DNA of 64,000 nt from an uncultured Candidatus Saccharibacteria bacterium (GTDB taxonomy: Bacteria > Patescibacteriota > Minisyncoccia > Phycocordibacterales > Zambryskibacteraceae), in assembly GCA_964357635.1 (NCBI GenBank), contig CAYHLZ010000002.1, positions 513-64,512 of the forward strand. Direction: 5' to 3'. The position numbers and the translations under genes were made by a program. Under the pieces are notes generated by a model. The model was given only the letters and a program-made list of their open reading frames with translations. It made no database searches and was not told the DNA's origin. This document shows, piece after piece, positions 46,529-53,909 of the stretch. Position 1 is the first letter of the stretch, and each line of letters starts with the position of its first letter.

Positions 46529-46599
46529 CGGGCCGTAGTATATCGGTAGTATGCATGCTTTGGGAGCATGAGGGCCGAGTTCGATTCTCGGCGGCCCGA
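46529..46599 (+). tRNA. tRNA-Pro (anticodon TGG)
   Basis: CGGGCCG...CGGCCCG acceptor; anticodon loop TTTGGGA; same T-arm as the other Pro copies. Confidence 0.8.
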
Positions 46600-46616
46600 A
46601 AGAACGTTTCTCACTA

Positions 46617-46642
46617 CGGGCTGTATGATTACATCAGCCCGA
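46617..46642 (+). other. tRNA-Pro acceptor-stem minihelix, copy 2
   Basis: CGGGCTG-TATGATTACAT-CAGCCCG-A; preceded by the same leader (TTCTCACTA) as the tRNA-Pro(GGG) gene. Confidence 0.55.
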
Positions 46643-46689
46643 GCGCTCGAAGCCCGTGCCCATGTAAACATGGTCACGACTTCTCACTA

Positions 46690-46760
46690 CGGGCTGTAGT
46701 ATAGCGGTAGTATTTGCCCATGGGGTGGGTAAGGCCCGGGTTCAATTCCCGGCAGCCCGA
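46690..46760 (+). tRNA. tRNA-Pro (anticodon GGG)
   Basis: CGGGCTG/CAGCCCG acceptor; anticodon stem-loop TGCCC-ATGGGGT-GGGTA; T-arm CCCGGGTTCAATTCCCGG. Confidence 0.75.
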
Positions 46761-46769
46761 AAGTAAGTT

Positions 46770-46843
46770 GCGGGATTAGTTTAGTGGTAAAACGACAGTT
46801 TTCCAAACTGTAGTTGGGAGTTCGATTCCCCCATCCCGCACCA
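46770..46843 (+). tRNA. tRNA-Gly (anticodon TCC), CCA encoded
   Basis: GCGGGAT...ATCCCGCACCA; anticodon stem-loop ACAGT-TTTCCAA-ACTGT. Confidence 0.8.
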
Positions 46844-46862
46844 GAGTGCGGTCTAAAATTAT

Positions 46863-47447
46863 CTAAATATATTTAAGTATTCCAGCTTTTTTCATTTCCT
46901 CTAGGGCTAAGTTAAACAGTTTTACAATCTTTTTCTCACGATAGTGAACCATAAGTATAAAAATGGTATTAGCTGGTATCAGGTTGAGACCAGGTATAAG
47001 TTCAATACACATAGCTAATGCATATCTAATCCACAGATATCTTATGATTTTTTTCTTCCACCAACCACCACTTGATTTACTAAAACACCACATAAACAGG
47101 GCAAGTGCCAAGACTAGTCCCACAATATAAACAAAAATCCAAACAATAATTCCAATAATCGTAAGAGCAAGGGCGGTTCCCACCCAGTCCAAAGTATCCT
47201 TAGCCATGGCCACCACAAGTATCATAAACGGGAAGTCGGAGTGTTGAGGAGGATCTTCAACCAAACGCTTCGCATCACCATCCTCAAACGTCTCACCTTC
47301 TTTACGAAATATTTTTCTCGATTTTTCCATAACATCACCCACAGCCCTTTCAATTTCGCGCGCCCCTTTCTCTAAGGCAATGCGACTTATACGCTGTGCT
47401 TGTTCCAGCTCTTTTTGTTCTAATAATCGTTCGGCTTCTTCATTCAT
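46863..47447 (-). CDS. Hypothetical membrane protein (N-terminal coiled-coil, three or four TM helices), likely co-transcribed with the ion channel gene
   Basis: Start lies 4 nt after the channel gene stop; hydrophobic helices 'FMILVVAMA', 'ALALTIIGIIVWIFVYIVGLVLALALFMW' and 'LIPANTIFILMV'. Confidence 0.5.
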   Translation of the reverse strand: MNEEAERLLEQKELEQAQRISRIALEKGAREIERAVGDVMEKSRKIFRKEGETFEDGDAKRLVEDPPQHSDFPFMILVVAMAKDTLDWVGTALALTIIGIIVWIFVYIVGLVLALALFMWCFSKSSGGWWKKKIIRYLWIRYALAMCIELIPGLNLIPANTIFILMVHYREKKIVKLFNLALEEMKKAGILKYI

Positions 47448-47450
47448 AAA

Positions 47451-48212
47451 TTAAGGCTTATCCTCGGTCACTCTGTCAGTTTTCTTGCCGAGCAAAAGGT
47501 GAGAAACTGCTGTGCCAATAATGTGAATTAAGAATCCAAGGAGAATAAAGCTAACAAACCTAGCAACCATAAAAATGATTATACCTGCATATGTTTGAGG
47601 CATGGTGGTAGAGATAGAGCCACCCAAGAGTGCCTCCAGAATCCAGAGCATGCTTAAGGGAATGTTTTCAAAATTTGGATGTCCGTGTTCAAAGACATAT
47701 ACAAGCGTTCCAAGTGTCGTGATGGTGAAAATGAGTGCAGAAAAATAAATTTGGATATTTAAGCGGAGGATGGCAGACTTATCTTCTGCTGACTGTCTTT
47801 CTAAGTGTTCAAAGCGAACTACTTTAGCCAAGCGTATCATTCTCAAGAAACGAAGTATTCGCAGAGCCCTTATTGATTTGAAGAATGATAGGTTTGAAAT
47901 ACCTAATAAAGTCGGAAGTATTGATATTAAATCCACCAACCCAAAGAAACTGAAAATGTATGAAAGTTTTTTATGACTACCAATGATTCGGCAAATGTAT
48001 TCAATAGAGAAAATAAAAACAGCCGTATACTCAATGACCAAGAAATATTGATTATAGTGAGAAAATTTGGATACAGACTCAAAGATGATTGCCAGAATTG
48101 AAATAACTATAACAATAGATAGAAAATCATTAACTCTAAGAAAAAATTTTGAGTTTGTTTCATAAAATGCTTTTTGGCAAAAGAGAGTTATAGGGTTAGA
48201 GAGCGCTTTCAT
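47451..48212 (-). CDS. Voltage-gated ion channel superfamily protein (single 6-TM domain with S4 voltage sensor; selectivity unclear)
   Basis: S4-like helix 'IRALRILRFLRMIRLAKVVRF' with Arg at every third position; S1-S3, pore loop and S6 are readable; no GYG potassium filter. Confidence 0.65.
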   Translation of the reverse strand: MKALSNPITLFCQKAFYETNSKFFLRVNDFLSIVIVISILAIIFESVSKFSHYNQYFLVIEYTAVFIFSIEYICRIIGSHKKLSYIFSFFGLVDLISILPTLLGISNLSFFKSIRALRILRFLRMIRLAKVVRFEHLERQSAEDKSAILRLNIQIYFSALIFTITTLGTLVYVFEHGHPNFENIPLSMLWILEALLGGSISTTMPQTYAGIIIFMVARFVSFILLGFLIHIIGTAVSHLLLGKKTDRVTEDKP

Positions 48213-48244
48213 GTAAGTTTTATTATACCAAGAATTTTTAGGCT

Positions 48245-48649
48245 CTAAATAATAATATTTTCGATTATTTCCGCTCTCGCTTGCCTATTTTTCTGGTCAA
48301 TTTTTACCGTTATAAGATCAAGTTGCCAGTCTTGGTCCAGTTTTTTCTCCAACAAATATGTCTGGATAACTCTGGAGAGTCGTTTCAATTTCCACGGATG
48401 CATGTTGTCTTCTGGTCTAAATCCTCCATCTGTTCCATGGGAAACATTGCCAAAAGTTACACACGAAACGCTTTTTACCTCTATAAAGTGAATAATATTA
48501 GACTTTGTGGCGACAATATCTATCTCGCCCCACTTTCTAAGATAGTTTCTCTCTTTAACTTCAAATCCCCTTTTCTTTAGAAAATCACAGGCAACATTCT
48601 CTCCGATATCTCCCAATTTTCTCTTTTCCGTTCTATTATCAGCTTTCAT
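48245..48649 (-). CDS. YraN-family (UPF0102) predicted endonuclease
   Basis: 'GENVACDFLKKRGFEV...EIDIVA...IHFIEVKS' PD-(D/E)xK-like core typical of the YraN family. Confidence 0.7.
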   Translation of the reverse strand: MKADNRTEKRKLGDIGENVACDFLKKRGFEVKERNYLRKWGEIDIVATKSNIIHFIEVKSVSCVTFGNVSHGTDGGFRPEDNMHPWKLKRLSRVIQTYLLEKKLDQDWQLDLITVKIDQKNRQARAEIIENIII

Positions 48650-49196
48650 TACAATATATTAAATAAGTTTCATATGAAACGTATAAGAGTATGAAATGGC
48701 TATAATTAAGGACATTTAAGTATTATGCCCTTTAAATATATGTCTTTTAATACCCACTTTCCACATAATTATCCACAGATTACCTAATTTATGGTCTAAT
48801 CGTCTTTAAAATAAAGACTTTTTTACTTTTGGCCATATTTGTTTGATAATCAATAAAAGACTTTTTCTAAGACATTGAAACAAAAAACCGCCACGGGTTT
48901 CCGCAGCGGTTTCCCCGCCGAAGCGGAGTGAAAGATCATTCCAGAGAAGAGGTCGGGCTTACAGAATGCACGAGACCAAAAATAAAAAAAGTTGGGGGTT
49001 CGTCATCCTTATCCGAACCACTAAACCAGAATCATCTTCCGGTAGTTGGAACGGCCTCCCATGAACTATACTCGAACTCAAATCTCAATTAGAGAACCAA
49101 GAATATCTGTCCGAGCGTCTGCAAGTATTGTACTTTATAAAGGACAAATTTAGAAGTTGAAATCTGGGGATAAGAGTGTCCTTTTGTTTTATGGCT

Positions 49197-49967
49197 CTAT
49201 TTAAGGGTTAATTTGATGGGGCAATGATCAGAGCCCAAAATATTGTCAAGTATTTCTATAGATTTAACTTTACTTAATATTTCTTTTGAAGAGAAAAAAT
49301 AATCAATTCTCCAACCAACATTTCTTTCACGAGCAAAAGTTTTCATGTCCCAATAAGTATAAACCCCTGCTTTTTCAGGGTAAAAATGTCTGAAAATGTC
49401 TATCCAGCCATAAGAGACAAGTTTATCCATCCACGCCCTCTCTATGGGCAAGAAACCGACATGAGTCTCATTTTCCTTTGGTCTAGCTAGGTCTATTGGT
49501 TTGTGGGCCACATTTATATCTCCGCAAAGGATTATATTGGAATGTTTCGTGTGTAACTTATTTATGAATTCTAGGAAGTAATCATAGAAATCAAGCTTGT
49601 ATCGCAACCTTTCTGGCGCACCACCACCATTCGGAAAATAGCCATTTATAAGGATAAAATCCTTATATTCAGCCATAATTAGGCGTCCTTCTTTATCAAG
49701 CCTATCTATTCCTATGTCACGTGAAACTTTTATAGGTTTCTCCTTAGAGTATATGGCTACACCACTATAACCCTTTTTTTCTGTGGGGAAGTGAAAATAG
49801 GCGTGATATCCGTCTGGAGCGCTTAATTCAGGAGGAAGTTGGCCGGGAAGTGACTTTGTCTCTTGAAGACAGAGAAGGTCTGGTTTCATGTCAAACACTT
49901 CTTTGATGTTTCCCTTGCGGTGTGCGGCTCTAAGTCCATTGACGTTCCAAGAAATGATGGTTTTCAT
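49197..49967 (-). CDS. xth: Exodeoxyribonuclease III (Xth/APE1 family)
   Basis: 'IISWNVNGLRA', 'CLQETK', C-terminal 'SDHCPI' motif. Confidence 0.85.
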   Translation of the reverse strand: MKTIISWNVNGLRAAHRKGNIKEVFDMKPDLLCLQETKSLPGQLPPELSAPDGYHAYFHFPTEKKGYSGVAIYSKEKPIKVSRDIGIDRLDKEGRLIMAEYKDFILINGYFPNGGGAPERLRYKLDFYDYFLEFINKLHTKHSNIILCGDINVAHKPIDLARPKENETHVGFLPIERAWMDKLVSYGWIDIFRHFYPEKAGVYTYWDMKTFARERNVGWRIDYFFSSKEILSKVKSIEILDNILGSDHCPIKLTLK

Positions 49968-50062
49968 GTATTTTCTAATTCTAATCTATGCTGTGGGGAT
50001 AACAAGTTTGCGATTATTCAATTTTGCTTTAGAATCTCAGGTATAAGCATCCTCTTAAATTA

Positions 50063-51187
50063 ATGGCAATTGTAAACATAAAGGGGGTTATTAAAATACT
50101 TGGTATCGGACTTGTCTCTCTTTGCTTTTTTCCTTCAATAAGTTATGCAGATTTTAATTGGGTTCAGGTTGGCTCCAATAGTGGTAACGGATTTGGGGAA
50201 TGTGTTTCTGAAAATATATCATGTGATTTTGGTGTCCCAATAGCCTCTTGTCTTCACAGTAACAACATAAGTCCTACATACACCACAACGCATGCGTGTG
50301 ATGCTGCGAATTTTGGTAATTATATAACCGAGGCGAATGGCACTCTTTGTTTCCCCGGCGAAGACACAGGATCGTGGGGCGAGGAATATTATGAATGTCA
50401 GTGGATTGGACCTGTGACTTTGAATGTTTCCATAAATTCTGGGCAGGGGACAATTTCCGCACCCGGCATTAGCTGTCCAGGGGACTGTAGTCAGAATTTT
50501 ACATACGGAGATTGGGTGACAATTCTCGCGACACCAAATAGCGCTGGCGGTTTTAGTTTTGGTTCTTGGAGTGGAGCATGTCTCGGACAAACATCAAGTT
50601 GTTCTATACAAATGAATGGTAGTCAAAACACAAGTGTTAGTTTTAATGCGCCGTCGGCGCCAACTGTTAGTTTAAACGCAAGTCCCAATCCAGTTGTTTA
50701 CAACACCGCAAGTTCTCTTTCTTGGTCCTCCACCAACGCAACATCTTGCACAGCCTCTGGGGGTTGGAATGGTCCTAAGGCTCTTAGTGGAACTCAATCA
50801 ACCGGCAACTTAACTTCTAACCAAACCTACACTCTTGACTGTATCGGTCCAGGGGGTTCTGCCAATCGTTCTGTAACAGTGGCAGTTTCGCCGAGTAGCG
50901 CAATGTCTGTATCTTGTGTCGGTAGTCCTTCTGTTGCATTACTCGGACAAAACATAACTTGGACTGCCAGCGTAGATTCTGGTGGTGTGCCACCCTTCAC
51001 TTACTCATGGAGTGGGACAAATATTCCCACAAGCCCTGCACCTACGACTAACCCGTATGTAAAAAGCTACAGCACTATTGGAGAAAAAACTGCTACCGTC
51101 ACAGTGACGGGAGGGAATTCGGCCGAAGCCACTTGTTCTCCCGCAAGAGTTCAGATTAATTTTGACCCGGACTTTGAAGAATTTTAA
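50063..51187 (+). CDS. Secreted Cys-rich protein with an Ig-like repeat, a PKD-like domain and a conserved C-terminal tail ...VQINFDPDFEEF
   Basis: Signal peptide; 'STNATSCTASGGWNGPKALSG' repeat; PKD-like 'FTYSWSG...YVKSYSTIGEKTATVTVT'. Confidence 0.6.
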   Translation: MAIVNIKGVIKILGIGLVSLCFFPSISYADFNWVQVGSNSGNGFGECVSENISCDFGVPIASCLHSNNISPTYTTTHACDAANFGNYITEANGTLCFPGEDTGSWGEEYYECQWIGPVTLNVSINSGQGTISAPGISCPGDCSQNFTYGDWVTILATPNSAGGFSFGSWSGACLGQTSSCSIQMNGSQNTSVSFNAPSAPTVSLNASPNPVVYNTASSLSWSSTNATSCTASGGWNGPKALSGTQSTGNLTSNQTYTLDCIGPGGSANRSVTVAVSPSSAMSVSCVGSPSVALLGQNITWTASVDSGGVPPFTYSWSGTNIPTSPAPTTNPYVKSYSTIGEKTATVTVTGGNSAEATCSPARVQINFDPDFEEF

Positions 51188-51199
51188 TAATCTAAAAAT

Positions 51200-53245
51200 A
51201 TGACAGATACACTACAAATAAATTGGAAGGTAAAAATAATTTTTCTTGCTATCCTTGTGACCTTGGGTTTATTTTCTCTAACAAACACTTCTTTTGCCGG
51301 AACATGGGGAGCTCCAGTACAGCACCCAAGCTATCCCACATCTGGAGCACAATGCGAACCGTTCCCCATCGGTCCGGGAAGTCCGTTTACAACAAATAGT
51401 TCGTGTATGACTGGAGCTGTACATGACTACGGCACAGTAAGCAATAGCACAACTCAGTGCGGCGGTTTTTCTAGTGAACCTGCGCAAGTTATGGCGAATA
51501 ACTCCATAAAGCGACAAACGTGTAATCCGTCTCCAAACAATCCGCCTAATGCCAATGCCGGTATTGACCGCTCAGTCACTCAACCAGCTAGCTCTGTTGT
51601 AATAAGCGGCGCATCAGCGAGCGACCCAGATGGCGGTGTCTCCTCTACAGTTTGGTCTTTTACAGGCGGGCCCGGACCGAACCCAAGCATAACAAACAGC
51701 ACAACTCTCACCCCCACCTTCTCAAACATGACTATGGATGGCGTCTACACTTTCCGTTTGCGGGTTACAGACACGGGCGGTCTGGTTACTACCGACACTA
51801 TGACGGTCACAGTAAACTTGGCAGTTACACAATGTAATGATGCCCAAGAAAATGACTCCCCAACTGATAATCGTACAGACTCAGGAGACTGGGGCTGTCA
51901 CTCAGATGGCGATGCTACAAACAGCTTCACCTATGTTCCCACGGACAACAGTGAAAGCAATACTTACTGCCTTTCTCCAGGGTGGGATACTCCGAGCGAT
52001 TCAGCTTACGATGGAGACATAGACGGGCCAGCTGCTAATTATTGGTGTAGCAACCAAGCTCCTGGTGGACCATGTCCCTCTAATTTGTCCGGCGGACCAA
52101 CTTCAGTGAGTGCAAAGGGGAGCGCCACAGTATGTTGTTATGTGGACTCAGTTGACTCTTATACTGGATATCTAAGACAGTGTGCCGGCTCATCACCTAC
52201 ACCAACCCCCGCTATTTGTGGGTCAGATAATGGGCAAACAATTTCCTCAGAACCAGTTGGTGGATCGTCAGCCTGTTACAGTGGAACTTATGTAAATAGC
52301 CCCGCAGATAATTCGACCACATGGAACTGGACTTGCGATGGTTTAAATAACGGCACCGACGCACCCTGTTCAGCAACCAAACTTACATACACTCTTACTA
52401 CTGCAGTTAGCCCTGGCGGTTCTGCTGGAACTGTTTCTGCACCAGGTATAACTTGTGGGGCAGATTGTAGTGAAGTTTTTACAGCTGGCGCCCAACCGAC
52501 GCTTATGGCAACGCCGACGGATCCTGGCTACGACTTTGTCAATTGGACTGGTGGGGATTGCGACGGACTTACCACAACCTCATGTCTAGTCACCTTGAAC
52601 AGTAATCAAAGCATAACTGCTAACTTTGTTCCAGAACCCCCAGCATTTGATTACAGTCTTACGCCCAACACTCAAGTAAATACAACTCAAAATTCGACCG
52701 CCCAGAAGGTTGTGAGCAAAAATCTTATTTCTGGCTCTGGATCAGTTACTTTATCTGTCGGAGCCCTACCTACAGGAGTTTCTGTCTCTGGTATATCTGG
52801 CCAAGGCGCACCTCTTCCTAACTCCTCAACCATAACTTTTAGTATCTCCCCAACCGCCACAGTTGGGAATCACCCGATAACCATCACCGGGAATCCACTA
52901 AACAAACAACTAACCTTCAATCTGAATATTTCTCCCAGCACCAGTCTTTCAGTCTCGTGCTCTGGAAATCCTCCAACAGCGTTACTTGGTCAGAACGTAA
53001 CTTGGACAGCTGTTCCAAGTGGAGGTACTCCGCCGTACTTCTACTCTTGGAGTGGCGATAATATTCCGACGAGCCCTGCTCCCACCGGTAGCACTTATGT
53101 AAAAAGTTACAGCACTGTTGGTTTAAAGAGAGCCAATGTTACGGCCACTGATAGCAGCCTTCCTACTGCCCAAACAACCCCATCCTGCGCTCCGGCCGCC
53201 GCAGAGGTACAGATTAACTTTGACCCCTCATTTGAGGAATTTTAA
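51200..53245 (+). CDS. Large secreted protein with PKD-like domains; paralogous C-terminal module ending ...VQINFDPSFEEF
   Basis: Signal peptide; PKD-like 'SASDPDGGVSSTVWSFTGGPG...GVYTFRLRVTDTGG'; the C-terminal roughly 100 aa align with the end of the preceding gene product. Confidence 0.6.
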   Translation: MTDTLQINWKVKIIFLAILVTLGLFSLTNTSFAGTWGAPVQHPSYPTSGAQCEPFPIGPGSPFTTNSSCMTGAVHDYGTVSNSTTQCGGFSSEPAQVMANNSIKRQTCNPSPNNPPNANAGIDRSVTQPASSVVISGASASDPDGGVSSTVWSFTGGPGPNPSITNSTTLTPTFSNMTMDGVYTFRLRVTDTGGLVTTDTMTVTVNLAVTQCNDAQENDSPTDNRTDSGDWGCHSDGDATNSFTYVPTDNSESNTYCLSPGWDTPSDSAYDGDIDGPAANYWCSNQAPGGPCPSNLSGGPTSVSAKGSATVCCYVDSVDSYTGYLRQCAGSSPTPTPAICGSDNGQTISSEPVGGSSACYSGTYVNSPADNSTTWNWTCDGLNNGTDAPCSATKLTYTLTTAVSPGGSAGTVSAPGITCGADCSEVFTAGAQPTLMATPTDPGYDFVNWTGGDCDGLTTTSCLVTLNSNQSITANFVPEPPAFDYSLTPNTQVNTTQNSTAQKVVSKNLISGSGSVTLSVGALPTGVSVSGISGQGAPLPNSSTITFSISPTATVGNHPITITGNPLNKQLTFNLNISPSTSLSVSCSGNPPTALLGQNVTWTAVPSGGTPPYFYSWSGDNIPTSPAPTGSTYVKSYSTVGLKRANVTATDSSLPTAQTTPSCAPAAAEVQINFDPSFEEF

Positions 53246-53272
53246 TCTGCCTTGTTATATAATTAAACCACT

Positions 53273-53812
53273 ATGCCACCAACACAAACACAAAACCCAA
53301 CACCAGTACAAGGACAAACACCAAACAAAAAAACCTTTTTGGCGATACTTGTTATTATGGCGCTTCTCGCCCTAGGATATTTCTTGTCTCAAAAGTATTC
53401 TCTAGACAAAGGCCCAACTTCGCCAGAGGAGACCAATGAAGCCCTTCCCATGGAAGTGGTCGTGGAACACACACAAGCAGTCAACGGAGTACTGCCCACA
53501 CCAAAAGATTTCCCCAAAGACATACCAGTTGAGAAATTTGACATCACAGAAAGCGCGACAACGGTCTACCCAAGCATAGGTGCCAAGCAGTTAAATATTA
53601 GTTATCAAAGCAACAAGTCATTAGATGTTAAATATAAAGAATATAAAGACTACATGACCAAAGCAGGCTACACTCTCTCTGAAGGCGGTACCGGCGCTAA
53701 CCTAAAAGCTATCTTTGGTACCAAAGAAAAAGAGAATTTGTCTGTAGTTGTAAGCTCTGCGGGGGGTGGTTCTCTTGTTCAGGTTGCTTATCTTCTGAAA
53801 TCTAGCAAATAG
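53273..53812 (+). CDS. Membrane-anchored hypothetical protein
   Basis: Pro/Thr/Gln-rich N-terminus then TM 'FLAILVIMALLALGYFL'. Confidence 0.4.
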   Translation: MPPTQTQNPTPVQGQTPNKKTFLAILVIMALLALGYFLSQKYSLDKGPTSPEETNEALPMEVVVEHTQAVNGVLPTPKDFPKDIPVEKFDITESATTVYPSIGAKQLNISYQSNKSLDVKYKEYKDYMTKAGYTLSEGGTGANLKAIFGTKEKENLSVVVSSAGGGSLVQVAYLLKSSK

Positions 53813-53909
53813 CCCAAGCGTGCCCACTTGTTTTGTCATGGTTCGACGTCGCTCACCATGACCCTGAGTATGTCGAACGGGTCATTCTCGTGATAAAATA
53901 AAGTGAAGT

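Noticed and set aside
46330-46770. Possible CRISPR-like array (regularly repeated units of about 70 nt with similar ends)
   Set aside because: The repeats fold as canonical tRNA cloverleaves (three tRNA-Pro genes) with tRNA-derived minihelices between them. There are no short direct repeats of constant length with unique spacers, and no cas genes nearby.
48880-49010. RNase P RNA, tmRNA or SRP RNA in the GC-rich noncoding stretch
   Set aside because: I found CGGGCTTACAGAA, which resembles but does not match the RNase P P4 motif ACAGAAnCCGGCTTA; the order is wrong. I found no tmRNA tag ORF ending ...LAA-stop, no tRNA-like 3' end, and no SRP domain IV GGAA/AGCAGC pattern. It is left as an unassigned structured region in the findings rather than called.
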